Origin: a virus | Strand: one strand, 5' to 3' | DNA: 64,000 nt | Virus record (IMG/VR): IMGVR_UViG_3300028394_000034 | Part shown: positions 53,996 to 64,000 of the stretch, in pieces | Layout: each line of letters begins with the position of its first letter | How positions within the stretch are numbered: the first letter of the stretch is position 1 | The notes under the pieces: generated by a model | Databases searched by the model: none | Told to the model about the DNA's origin: nothing | Seen by the model: the letters and a program-made list of their open reading frames with translations, nothing else | Translations under genes and position numbers: made by a program

Positions 53996-54007
53996 TTGGT
54001 GTACTAT
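53996..54007 (+). promoter_or_regulatory. Candidate promoter motif TTGGTGTACTAT
   Basis: Identical 12-mer to the minus-strand copy at 10605-10616; GTGTA begins 40 nt before ATG 54039. Confidence 0.55.
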
Positions 54008-54038
54008 ATTATAGGTTTCATATTTTAGGAGATTTACT

Positions 54039-54278
54039 ATGGCAGACAGAGATTTAAAGGTCGTTTTTCGTGATGGGAATACTATTTCTTTACCTAATAG
54101 TTCTTGTAATTGTCCTAATAGTATAAATATTGATGTTACTGATATGATGCCAGGTAAAAAATATACGGTTTTTATTAAAAACTTGAATAGTACTCCGGTT
54201 AGAACATTTCCAGAAAGCTATAGTTTTATAGCAGAAGCTTCAAGCAAAACACTATCATTCTATTATCAGTTTAGCTAG
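54039..54278 (+). CDS. 79-aa protein, truncated member of the Cys-flanked beta-sandwich family
   Basis: AGGAG RBS; SCNCPNSINIDVTDMMPGKKYTVFI..PVRTFPESYSFIA matches the xNLxxGxxY module. Confidence 0.65.
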   Translation: MADRDLKVVFRDGNTISLPNSSCNCPNSINIDVTDMMPGKKYTVFIKNLNSTPVRTFPESYSFIAEASSKTLSFYYQFS

Positions 54279-54312
54279 TTTAAATCAAAGGAAACAATTT
54301 AAGGAAAACTGA

Positions 54313-56370
54313 ATGGTATATTCTAGTCCATTTTCTAATGACGATTTATCAATACTAGCTGGTCCCCCTGCTACTACCACATCTAATGATAGAGCAGTTT
54401 CTATCTATTATAATGGTACCGGCCTTCATAATATTACTGGACCAACACCATTCATCAATATCAATAAGAAATTCAATAGAGATAATGCTGGAACTATTGA
54501 AAATATCTTAACATCAATGACTCTAAGTGGTAAAATTGTAAGAGGAAATACAGACAATTCTAAATTAACACCATCAGGAACAGGAACGGCATCTATTATC
54601 GGAGCAGTAGACACTTTACAAAAACTATTTAGTTGTGGTGTGGGAAATTTGATAGTATCCTGTGGAGATAAGGATATAATTACTGCTACAGGAGTAAGAG
54701 TCGAAGCATTTAGTGCAAGTAAATCTAATGATAATTGGATTTTTAGTGCCGACTATGAAATAGCATTAGAATATAATGAGCCTGTTCGTACTGGAGGATA
54801 TAAAGTAAAGAATACATCAGATTCATGGACCATAGAACCATTAGAAGACTATGCTTATACTTCTTTCAAGATTCCAATAACTCAGAAACAAGAATATCAT
54901 AATCCTAAACTTAAACCAACGACCCCAACAGATAATAATCCTCAACCAAATAGTTCAACAACATCACAAACTGGCCCAATTAGGCTGTCAGATATTGATC
55001 TTCAGGTAACAAATATTCCACAATTTAGAATTAGTCGTAAATTATCAGCAGTTGGATTTCCTACATCTCCTGGTACTGGAAATATTTGTGCTAGTGGTAA
55101 TGCTGGTGTAGGATCTTATTTGGAAGCTAAAGGATGGGTTATGGAAAGATTGGCTACTACTTTTCATGGAAGCGCATCAGTATCTGGTATGCCATATTTT
55201 ACTAGAGATACTACTGCGGGATCTTTATCTAATTTTGAAAAAACATTCGTATATAATCATTTAAGATCAACAGAATTTAGTATTACTGATGGTTCATATT
55301 CTGTTAATGAAACATGGTTAGCTATGCCAACAGGAATAAAATATATAGAAGATTATACTATAGAAGCATCAACAGATACAAATTTTATTAAAACAGTTAG
55401 AGTTCAAGGAAGTGTAAAAGGTTTGAATATAGCATCTTTTCCAATGATGGAAGGAGGCTCAGGTAAATCTCCAACAGGCATTATTCCTAGTGGAAATAGT
55501 GGATATATTGATCTTTCATATAGTGTAAACCCAGACATCTTTGCTAGTGGAACATTTATTGCTGATCAGCATCCAATATTAGATATTGTAAAAACAGCAA
55601 CTATTGCAGATTCGCAATCGTATGTTACGACTATGTCTGCTAGCAAATATGTAAATGCTTCTAGTGGATGGTTAAATGACATTAAACCATATCTTTATAG
55701 AAGAGCTCATATTGCAGTTAACAGTCCAGATAGAGGAAATGAGCTATATATTAATCCAGCAGCTAGTCCACCTCCTGCTCCTAGAAATCCAGCTTATTGT
55801 AGAGAAAATATCTTAAATATTATTCCAGTTAGCACCACAGAAGCTCATGATCCTAGAAAAGGCAGTATTAATTATACATACGAATTTAATAATAAATTTA
55901 CTCTTATAAGTGGAGTATTAGCAGAAAGTATTAATATTAATGATACTGGACCAATTGATGTTATTAATGAAGCTTTCGTACTAGGAAGAAGACTAGGGCC
56001 AGTGCTTCAGTCTTTAGGATCAAAAACTAGTTCCAAAAAAGATATTACTGTCGAAGTTATTGTTATGCCACCCACAGGTTTAGCCGGTTTCACCATGACC
56101 AATAAGGAGTGTCCATTATGGACAGGTGGTACGGTGTATACTACTATAATTGGTATTATAGAAGGATTAAAACCATTTGGAGATAGAACCACATCAATAT
56201 TTGGTAATTTAGGTAATGAGACTAGGACCGGAGGAACTATTAATGTTGCTGGTCAAGTATATACCACTCAGGACAATCAAACATGGAATCCAACCGAAGG
56301 AAGATTTTCTAGAAGTGTTTCGTGGACATATCAGACTTGTAGTAATGCAAGAAGTTATCTGGATAATTAA
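54313..56370 (+). CDS. Putative tail-tip / distal-tail structural protein (685 aa)
   Basis: AAGGAA RBS; GPTPFININKKF..MTLSGKI and repeated SW.IE/SV.ETW/YTYEF patterns; adjacent to hub-like gene. Function inferred from position. Confidence 0.45.
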   Translation: MVYSSPFSNDDLSILAGPPATTTSNDRAVSIYYNGTGLHNITGPTPFININKKFNRDNAGTIENILTSMTLSGKIVRGNTDNSKLTPSGTGTASIIGAVDTLQKLFSCGVGNLIVSCGDKDIITATGVRVEAFSASKSNDNWIFSADYEIALEYNEPVRTGGYKVKNTSDSWTIEPLEDYAYTSFKIPITQKQEYHNPKLKPTTPTDNNPQPNSSTTSQTGPIRLSDIDLQVTNIPQFRISRKLSAVGFPTSPGTGNICASGNAGVGSYLEAKGWVMERLATTFHGSASVSGMPYFTRDTTAGSLSNFEKTFVYNHLRSTEFSITDGSYSVNETWLAMPTGIKYIEDYTIEASTDTNFIKTVRVQGSVKGLNIASFPMMEGGSGKSPTGIIPSGNSGYIDLSYSVNPDIFASGTFIADQHPILDIVKTATIADSQSYVTTMSASKYVNASSGWLNDIKPYLYRRAHIAVNSPDRGNELYINPAASPPPAPRNPAYCRENILNIIPVSTTEAHDPRKGSINYTYEFNNKFTLISGVLAESININDTGPIDVINEAFVLGRRLGPVLQSLGSKTSSKKDITVEVIVMPPTGLAGFTMTNKECPLWTGGTVYTTIIGIIEGLKPFGDRTTSIFGNLGNETRTGGTINVAGQVYTTQDNQTWNPTEGRFSRSVSWTYQTCSNARSYLDN

Positions 56371-56372
56371 TT

Positions 56373-59300
56373 ATGCCAACTCAGCCTTGTACCTATGATA
56401 AATTAATAGCTCAAACACTATTTTTAGGAGCTAGCGTTTCTAGTTTTAATACTAGTGTTGGATGGGGAAGTCAAGCGTCTCAGCTTACAGTTAATCTAAT
56501 AGAGGATAACGAATCAGTCCCAAACTGCTTACATCCATCAGGTAATGCGGATCCCAGCTATTTGTCTCAACAATTTGGAAATGGAAATATTATTCCAAAC
56601 TTGATTCAGGCTGATACTGGACAAGATTATGCTAGATTTTCAGATAATCACTATGAGGATTGTGTTGGAAATGCTTGTTATGTAAATACTTATGGAGAAC
56701 CTTTTACTTCAACCATGAGATTAGAAGATCGAATGATACCAGGAAAAGTTTATTATCGATTTCCTGGAGGTATTGGTAATGGATCAATATTACAAACCGC
56801 CACGGCAGCTGCAACATACGGTTTACGAAAACCAGCACTTCAATCTCAATACTGGTATAATCCTGATCCTGGATTTTTTGGTGTTCCCAACAGAATAAAC
56901 CCAGATAACTCATATTTACGACAGTATTCTGGTACTGCTCTAAATAATGGATATGATATAATTGATACTCCTGTTATTTTTAAAATGGGAGATTTCTCTT
57001 TTGGTGGAGTGGTTCAATCTTGGAATAAAAATTTGAGTGCTGGCGGACGGAGCTATAGCGTTGTTATTAATAGTATGACTAGCGTATTAAATAATTGCTA
57101 TATTATTCTTTCTCAATATGCTGGATCTCTTTATAGTAAACTGCACTCTGCTACATTTAATATTGATTTAACAAGAACTGAAGTCAATTCTATTTTTGGA
57201 GGACCAAGAAACTATACCGGACATGCTTCTGGGAATATTGATTATTTTGGACAAATATATGAAGGCAATCTTCCAAATGTATTTAATGTTTATGGATTTT
57301 TAGAGTCTATGGGTATGGACCACTTTGGAGGTTCAAGATCCACCAGTGACGGCATTTCTGCTAATAGTGTTTTGGATGCTTTGAGCGTATTAACTTCAAC
57401 TTTCCCATCTGACGATGGAGGAGGTCCTCTTTTAACTTATAGAGCAGGGAACTCTCTTGTTGACTCTCATGGAGAGGTTGGAAAAAGAACAGCTTTTTCT
57501 CCTTTTGGTAGAATAATAACAAAGTGTATGCAAGAAAATGATACCTATACTCAAATTACTAGTGCTTTTAATAGATTTGGAGTTATTCCTCCTACAACAG
57601 TATTAAACGATGAAACAAATACCTCTGTTTCTCAGAGTGCTAAAAGTGATAGATGTCAATTTGTTTTAGACCTAAGTGAAATCCCCAGACTTCCAAATGA
57701 TTTTAGAGTCCCAGGTCCTGTAATAAGTATTACTGATTTAATCAATTTAGTTACTGAACAAATGGGCTGTGACTATTATGTTGATTTGGTTCCACTATCT
57801 ATTAACGATATTTTATACAATGTCATTAAGATTAAAATAATATCTAGACTAAAACAACCAAGACAAAATGAAATTAGCAATACTATTAAAAAACTTCAAT
57901 GTGCTGGTTATGCTATTAGTTCAGCAACAACAGGAAAAGAAAAAAACGAAACTAATGCTCGTAGTATGATAGTTGGAGGTCCTCAACAAAGACTATATCA
58001 AGCTAAGAGTTATAGACTAGCATATACTCAAAATAATTTTATTTTTAATCCTAGAACATATCAATTCGTTGATTATATGCAGTTGGGGACTTTTGATGCT
58101 TTAAATAATATGACTAGATCAACCCATATTACGGGAAGAAAACAATTCCATTATGGGAAGATAAAAACCCCAACAGCTTTTTCAGTTAGAAATAAACAGC
58201 TATCTGATATTATCAATCCTGCTTATAGTGGGTTATACAAGCACGAAGAAGAAGTAAAAAAAATAATTCCTGGAATAACATATGATTTTAGTACTAAAGA
58301 CCCCAAATGGAGTGATCGTAACCAAATATTAGGAAATCAATCAAGTAAATTAACAGGAAACTATGCAGAAGGAATTATAGTAAAGCAGGAAGAAGTGGGA
58401 GCTAATGCTGAAGACGTTAGTACATGGGGGGATGCAAGAAATCAAAGATATTTCCCTATTCATAGAGATGTTATTTGTCCATTCTTTGGTTTTGTAATGG
58501 AAAATGAGCTACAGCTTAATACTAGTGGAGACAATAATGATTTTAGAAGAATTAGACCAGTATGGTTTGATACATGGACTGGGCAGATAGTTGTAGTTTT
58601 AAGAGTCGATGAACTTCCAGTAACATCAGCAAATTTAGAGGGTATTTATGGTAGTGGAACAAAATATTTCTTATTAACAGAATCCGAAATAAGAGCAGCT
58701 ATTGCTGGTTTTGATAACTTTGTTGTTTATTGTTTATCCAAAGACTATAAGCCAGATCTTATAGAAATGCTAAGAAATGCTTACGTTATAAAAACCGCAA
58801 AACAACTGAAAATAGCAAATCCTAGCTGGTCATCCTCATATGCTTGGAAGGCTGCTGAAGATGAACACAATTGGTATTGGAACTTGATGAATGGAAATAT
58901 TTCTGGACCTTTCGGAAATTCTATTAGAGTTGTTCCTGATAAGTCTGATGGGTCGAGTAAGCTTGGTGAAGAAGTAACAATGGATTTACAAATTCTTCAT
59001 TCGTTCATTAATGATATAGCAAAATATTATGGTAAAAAATATATGGTAATGGCTCCTATGGTCAAATCATATAGAGATGATAGTTTTGCAGATATTGTTT
59101 TGCCCACACAAGCCGGAGATGCTTATGTTTTTAGCGGTGGAGGCTCTCTTCATTACAATTATCAGCCTACTAATGACGGAGCATGGGAAGAACCAGGAAA
59201 TATTATTGATGATAGTATCGCTGTTGGCAGCAAAAATGGATTTGCTCTTAGTGATGACTCCGGGAAAATTAAGCCAATATTAGGATATAATGCTAGTGAA

Positions 59301-62300
59301 ACCTTTGATTACATAAGATATAATATTTGCAAAATGGAAATTGCTTCTTTTGAAAAATATAAAAAGGACCGAGCTAATCCATACTGGAGTTATAAAAATT
59401 GGAAATTTTTATTAGACAAAAGAGACGGGGAGTGTAATCTTGGTAATTTCGTTATTCCTTCTATTGATATTTCTAATTTAAGTGCTACTGATTATATCAT
59501 AACCGAAGTTTCTGGTATGGCAGAAGAGACACAGCTTCCTGGAACATATAATCAATTTGGTCTTCCATCTCCAAGTCGATTTATGCCTTTAAGTTATACT
59601 TGGACTAATACACAAGCTAAAGATGCTTGGGGTAGTGGACTAGTTAATTTAAGTGGAAATCCAATTCCTGTTAAAAAACTTTATTTAACTACCAGTGTTG
59701 ATGAAAAATTTGTTTATTTAGACCCAGAGAAGCTGGAAGGTCCAAGAATATTAATAGATTCACCAGGAATTAACTTAACAGCTAGCACAAGCTCAAACCA
59801 ATATGCTAAAGATCCAAATAGAACAGTAATTTCAAATATAGCTATTGAAGATTTGGCTATTTATTTGAAAAGCACAGAGGTTAGGTATTGGAACTTTGAC
59901 AGAATAGACTTATGGTTATATTATGTTGCTCCAGTAGCAGGTCCGAGAGGAGGAATAACTCCACTGAAGGGAAATCTTGCTGCTTCAGCTAATCGTGCTT
60001 CTAGTCATGTTGAAATAGCACCAAAAGCAGCTCATCCTTTTTTTGCTGGTATTCCATTAAGATCTAATCAATTTACATATGGTCCTTGGACCAATTATCC
60101 ATATGTAGAATATTTAATTAATCCAGAAAGCATATTGCCTAGCGGCGAAACAATTACATTAAGTAATGATATTAATCCAATTTGCTCTAGTAGTGGTCTA
60201 GACGTATCAGCAGCAGCTGCTAAAAGAGCCATTAATAATTGGATAACTCCAACCTCAATAGAAGTTAGAGATGATTTTGTTCCATGGAATTATGGAGGCA
60301 TTTCTTTTTTAGATAGAGTTGCTTTTAGTGAAATTCAAACCAAAATCAATTATCAAAATATTATTGAGACAGCACAATTGGAGATGCCCGGATTACCAAT
60401 ATTTAATCTTGGAGGATCTTTTTCTTATGGAAATTTTGCTTTTGTTCCAACAGGAGTTTATGCTCAAAAGTTTACTTATTTAGACAAGAAAAGACGAGCA
60501 GATCCGTTAGCTGCTTTGCCTTCTAATTTAGCAAGACTATATAGTGGAGTAATTTCTACAACAGGAATAGACGTTATTGAATATAAAACTATTGCTCTAG
60601 CATTAGATAATAGTTCTAATAGCGGTCCTATTATTACTAATATACAAACTAATATAGGACAAGGAGGGATATCTACAACATACTCATTTAGAACATATAC
60701 TCGTAAACTTGGGTTGTTTAATAAAGAAAATAGTGATCGAATTAAAAAATTGGCTGCTGATAATATTAAAAGAAGTAAACAAATTTCTAGTTTGGCTCAA
60801 CAATCAACAAATATTATCAATACACAGTCTAAGTTTTTAGAAGAGCAAAGATTAGCCAAGGCTAATTTTAGTGGTAAAGACTTAAGAAGCAAACTATTTG
60901 GTTGGAGTCCTTCAACAGTATTAATAGGCCAATCACATCCATATATAGAGTACCTTGAACCACCAACACCAACAAATACCGATATCATTGTTCCAAGAGA
61001 ATTAACTAGAACATATTTAAGTAAAAGTCCTCCTCAGATACAACCTGAGATAACAATAAAAGCTTGGGCATCTGGAATTGAGGATAAAGCATTAATTGGA
61101 AAAGGAGAATTATTACTCACGTTGGAAGTACTCGGAGATAATTTCCCCGTTGTTAACGGAGAAAAACAAAAAATAGCAATAAGAGCTGAAAGACAAGGAG
61201 TATTTAATGGAAATAGATTGAAAGAAGATGGGGAGACTGTAGTTGCTGGAGATAAATTAGGATCACTAGTAGACGCATTAACATTACCAACAGGATTAGA
61301 TCCTGGAGATGATGCCAAGACAAAAGATGCAGAACAGTATTTAACCGCTCAAGCTAGCATTGCCACATTAGCAAATACTCGTAGAGTTAAAACTAGTGTT
61401 GGTCTTTATGAGCTTAAAGAAGTAGAAGCTCAATTAAATAATGATCATGGTTTACAGTCAGTAATGAGTATTGATGGAATTTTTTCTCCAGTTTCTTTTT
61501 ATCCAACTCTTAAAGATAGTACATATAGCTTTAGTGTTTATGATACTGATAAGTGTCCGTTCTGTACTGGAACCAAAAAGATTAATTTTTTCGTTAATAA
61601 ATATTCATATAGACCAGTTGCTAGGGGAGATGGAACAACAGGATATATTAGTCTAGATGATGATAAATATTTATACTGTGATAAATGTGGAACTCCAGAT
61701 GAAAAACTTAACGTTAAACTTAAAGGAAGCGTAACTTCAGTATCTTCTGTACAGTCTATTGAAAGTTTACCTCCTTATATCATAACAAATTCAACAGACA
61801 TTGGTACTTTATTAGAATTTAATTCTAATATTGGATCAACAGTATCAATTAGCACAACACAAGCAGCAAGTACCAGTTCAGCTTCGTCCTCAGCAGCAGG
61901 AGTTTCTATTCCAATTAATTTGGTAAGTTTAAATCCTATTGTTGTTCCTTATAGTGAATTTAAAAACCCCAATACTCAATCTTATAGTGGAATTTATCCA
62001 TATGCTCCTAATAGTGGTATTCATGGAGTTCTTTCTGGAAAACCCGGATCAGCATATGAGTCAACTAGTAGGCCTTTTTATGACAGAATGAGACATAGTA
62101 TTGAAATTGTCGGTAGAGGAGCTGTGAATCCTGGAGAGGTAACAACTGGAGGAGTAGAAACGGACACTATTCTTCATAATAATTTAACAAAGTATAAAGA
62201 TGGAAGAAATATAGATTTTTATCATAGAGATCTTCATCTTCAAGCAGAAAGAAAAAAGAGAGAAAATATTGATGTAAATTATATGATGAATCAAAGATTC

Positions 62301-63338
62301 CTTGGATTAAGGGGGCCTTTGGTTCTTCATGGTTGGGGATATGATTTAGAAGGATATCCTGTTCCTAATGCTGCTGATGAACCAGCTGATATTGATACCT
62401 GGGGAAGACCAAAAAGATTTAAGATTAAAGTGACAGAAACACCTAATTTAAAATATCCAGATATTAAAATTAATGAGTTTTTCAAAACCTCCAATGATCC
62501 AAAAGTATACTGTAAGACTATTGATTTTGTGATTCCTAAAGATAGTAACAATAATCCTTTATTCAACGACACTACTGCACTAATAAAATTAGTATACGCA
62601 GATGATCTAACTGTTCCCGGAGGATTTATGGACAATGATGCTCCAACTGGGGCAGAAACATATAAAAATGATAGAACAGTTGGTTATCAAGGTAGTATTA
62701 TTAGTAAAACTCAAAAATTTACTCCTACAGACCCAAATAATCCAACTGGAGCAGGAAAGTGGTCGGCTAAAAAGAAGTTGGGTCAGTTTTATTTAAACTG
62801 GGCAGAACGAACTGATCTTTGGCCTGTTGGACCGATAGATTTAAGATGGGACGAAAGTCGTAAAGTGTGGGCCACAAAGTCTGATTCTGCTGCTAGCATA
62901 TACAAAATGGTATACGTCACTTTAGAAGAAGATTTAGTAAAAGATGAAAATATGGACGAGACTTATCCTACCAGAGGATTTTTGGATGACTTAGAATATT
63001 CAACGGACCCACTGGAAGCTGGATATAGGAGATTGGTGTATGTAAAAGACAAAGTAGGATATACTGCTCCAAGAGGAGCAAAAATATTATGTAGATACGA
63101 TAAAGATGCTGGATTTTATGAGCCAGTCAGCAAGCCTTCATATGTGGCCAAAGGAACAATTACTCCTGGATCATCACAAGCAAATATAGAAATGACATTT
63201 GTTCAAGGAAAGAAGAGGGGAGAATCCGCACCAACAATGTTAGTTAATTTTGATAATCCTTTTTCTCTATCTACTATTGGAGGAATTGGATTATTTACTT
63301 TTATTAATGGAAAATGGACATTAACAGCAAGTAGCTAA
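56373..63338 (+). CDS. Putative baseplate hub / central tail-tip protein (2321 aa) with Zn-ribbon insert
   Basis: QTLFLGASVSSFNTSVGWG..SQLTVNLIED N-terminus; GGISTTYSFRTY; CPFC..CDKC; LRGPLVLHGWGYD..WPVGPIDLRWD. Function inferred from size and position. Confidence 0.5.
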   Translation: MPTQPCTYDKLIAQTLFLGASVSSFNTSVGWGSQASQLTVNLIEDNESVPNCLHPSGNADPSYLSQQFGNGNIIPNLIQADTGQDYARFSDNHYEDCVGNACYVNTYGEPFTSTMRLEDRMIPGKVYYRFPGGIGNGSILQTATAAATYGLRKPALQSQYWYNPDPGFFGVPNRINPDNSYLRQYSGTALNNGYDIIDTPVIFKMGDFSFGGVVQSWNKNLSAGGRSYSVVINSMTSVLNNCYIILSQYAGSLYSKLHSATFNIDLTRTEVNSIFGGPRNYTGHASGNIDYFGQIYEGNLPNVFNVYGFLESMGMDHFGGSRSTSDGISANSVLDALSVLTSTFPSDDGGGPLLTYRAGNSLVDSHGEVGKRTAFSPFGRIITKCMQENDTYTQITSAFNRFGVIPPTTVLNDETNTSVSQSAKSDRCQFVLDLSEIPRLPNDFRVPGPVISITDLINLVTEQMGCDYYVDLVPLSINDILYNVIKIKIISRLKQPRQNEISNTIKKLQCAGYAISSATTGKEKNETNARSMIVGGPQQRLYQAKSYRLAYTQNNFIFNPRTYQFVDYMQLGTFDALNNMTRSTHITGRKQFHYGKIKTPTAFSVRNKQLSDIINPAYSGLYKHEEEVKKIIPGITYDFSTKDPKWSDRNQILGNQSSKLTGNYAEGIIVKQEEVGANAEDVSTWGDARNQRYFPIHRDVICPFFGFVMENELQLNTSGDNNDFRRIRPVWFDTWTGQIVVVLRVDELPVTSANLEGIYGSGTKYFLLTESEIRAAIAGFDNFVVYCLSKDYKPDLIEMLRNAYVIKTAKQLKIANPSWSSSYAWKAAEDEHNWYWNLMNGNISGPFGNSIRVVPDKSDGSSKLGEEVTMDLQILHSFINDIAKYYGKKYMVMAPMVKSYRDDSFADIVLPTQAGDAYVFSGGGSLHYNYQPTNDGAWEEPGNIIDDSIAVGSKNGFALSDDSGKIKPILGYNASETFDYIRYNICKMEIASFEKYKKDRANPYWSYKNWKFLLDKRDGECNLGNFVIPSIDISNLSATDYIITEVSGMAEETQLPGTYNQFGLPSPSRFMPLSYTWTNTQAKDAWGSGLVNLSGNPIPVKKLYLTTSVDEKFVYLDPEKLEGPRILIDSPGINLTASTSSNQYAKDPNRTVISNIAIEDLAIYLKSTEVRYWNFDRIDLWLYYVAPVAGPRGGITPLKGNLAASANRASSHVEIAPKAAHPFFAGIPLRSNQFTYGPWTNYPYVEYLINPESILPSGETITLSNDINPICSSSGLDVSAAAAKRAINNWITPTSIEVRDDFVPWNYGGISFLDRVAFSEIQTKINYQNIIETAQLEMPGLPIFNLGGSFSYGNFAFVPTGVYAQKFTYLDKKRRADPLAALPSNLARLYSGVISTTGIDVIEYKTIALALDNSSNSGPIITNIQTNIGQGGISTTYSFRTYTRKLGLFNKENSDRIKKLAADNIKRSKQISSLAQQSTNIINTQSKFLEEQRLAKANFSGKDLRSKLFGWSPSTVLIGQSHPYIEYLEPPTPTNTDIIVPRELTRTYLSKSPPQIQPEITIKAWASGIEDKALIGKGELLLTLEVLGDNFPVVNGEKQKIAIRAERQGVFNGNRLKEDGETVVAGDKLGSLVDALTLPTGLDPGDDAKTKDAEQYLTAQASIATLANTRRVKTSVGLYELKEVEAQLNNDHGLQSVMSIDGIFSPVSFYPTLKDSTYSFSVYDTDKCPFCTGTKKINFFVNKYSYRPVARGDGTTGYISLDDDKYLYCDKCGTPDEKLNVKLKGSVTSVSSVQSIESLPPYIITNSTDIGTLLEFNSNIGSTVSISTTQAASTSSASSSAAGVSIPINLVSLNPIVVPYSEFKNPNTQSYSGIYPYAPNSGIHGVLSGKPGSAYESTSRPFYDRMRHSIEIVGRGAVNPGEVTTGGVETDTILHNNLTKYKDGRNIDFYHRDLHLQAERKKRENIDVNYMMNQRFLGLRGPLVLHGWGYDLEGYPVPNAADEPADIDTWGRPKRFKIKVTETPNLKYPDIKINEFFKTSNDPKVYCKTIDFVIPKDSNNNPLFNDTTALIKLVYADDLTVPGGFMDNDAPTGAETYKNDRTVGYQGSIISKTQKFTPTDPNNPTGAGKWSAKKKLGQFYLNWAERTDLWPVGPIDLRWDESRKVWATKSDSAASIYKMVYVTLEEDLVKDENMDETYPTRGFLDDLEYSTDPLEAGYRRLVYVKDKVGYTAPRGAKILCRYDKDAGFYEPVSKPSYVAKGTITPGSSQANIEMTFVQGKKRGESAPTMLVNFDNPFSLSTIGGIGLFTFINGKWTLTASS

Positions 63339-63340
63339 TT

Positions 63341-64000
63341 ATGTACTCGATAAACAATACTAAAAAATGTTCTATTTTTAGCAAATCTCTGTATCAGGAT
63401 TTGGAACCCTATAATATAATGGATGAGGTTTCATCATTTAATGATACTTCTTTACCTGATCAAATTAGCAGCACTTCCAAAGCTTACTTGTTTTTTAAAT
63501 ATCAGTCCGGATATTCTGCTCGTTGTGATATATCTAAAAATTATTTAATAGATATGATAGATAGTTCTATCTCTTATGATATTTGGACACCAGCAATAAT
63601 AACTCCAGAAGATATAACAAGAATAAAGAGTCCGATTTTAAATAAAAGAAATATAAGAGATCCTATTCTAGGAATAAGTGATTTTATTCAATTTGAGCCT
63701 AGATTCCAAAATTGGTGGATCACCAAACCTAATGATACTAATCGTTTTCAAAATCATGAGATAACTAATAGTGATCCCAGGCCGGTTGGTAAAATGACAG
63801 CAAGTTGGGATATTAGTTCTTCTTTTCCAACAAAACTAGCAGAGTATGGGATCTTATTCTGGTATAAAAAAACATCCAATGGCGCTGATTTTAGTTCAAA
63901 TAATATTAGAAGATCCATATCTAAAGAATTTTTATTATCAGAGCTACCAGTTAATTCTGTTGTTAGGTCCAAAAAACCACTAACGTACTCAGATGGTTCT
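63341..64000 (+). CDS. Hypothetical protein, 3'-truncated by the window, absent from ORF track
   Basis: ATG 63341 two nt after the previous stop; open for 220 codons to window end (MYSINNTKKCSIFSKSLYQDLEPYNIMD...). Confidence 0.75.
   Translation, partial: MYSINNTKKCSIFSKSLYQDLEPYNIMDEVSSFNDTSLPDQISSTSKAYLFFKYQSGYSARCDISKNYLIDMIDSSISYDIWTPAIITPEDITRIKSPILNKRNIRDPILGISDFIQFEPRFQNWWITKPNDTNRFQNHEITNSDPRPVGKMTASWDISSSFPTKLAEYGILFWYKKTSNGADFSSNNIRRSISKEFLLSELPVNSVVRSKKPLTYSDGS

Noticed and set aside
1-64000. Stop-codon reassignment (code 15 or 4) as in some large phages
   Set aside because: TAG and TGA end genes exactly where the next gene or RBS begins (1098, 1945, 2474, 12837, 41922), and coding density is already near complete under code 11.
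1-64000. tRNA, rRNA, introns, inteins, transposases
   Set aside because: No cloverleaf, intein or homing-endonuclease motifs, or transposase signatures recognised by eye; tRNAscan-SE and Infernal would be needed to exclude them.

Overview
An AT-rich, densely coded 64-kb segment of a large tailed dsDNA phage (Caudoviricetes), covering the virion morphogenesis region. Standard code 11 fits: TAA, TAG and TGA all act as stops, and many genes are translationally coupled. Order: tail-fibre/collagen/Gly-rich genes (1-6453); a minus-strand four-gene carbohydrate-modification operon (6450-10495: GH-like propeller, TPR+FkbM, GT2, PL5-like lyase); neck genes, tail tube and chaperone-like genes (10671-18042); a 3606-aa tape measure protein (TMP; 18133-28953); about 25 kb of Pro/Thr-linked multi-domain adhesin-like proteins (28967-54278); then putative tail-tip/hub genes running off the end. 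No sheath, capsid, terminase, tRNA, CRISPR array or reverse transcriptase is visible, so the tail is probably long and non-contractile. Most unusual observations: (1) seven repeats in one protein nested as a balanced binary tree (32560-34325); (2) Ig, RCC1 and beta-sandwich domains whose halves lie in different genes; (3) recursive domain-in-domain insertion; (4) a TMP carrying HAD phosphatase, PD-(D/E)xK-like and EF-hand modules; (5) circularly permuted FGE-sulfatase/C-type-lectin domains; (6) a recurring GTGTA intergenic motif. All family assignments come from visual motif recognition, not database searches.
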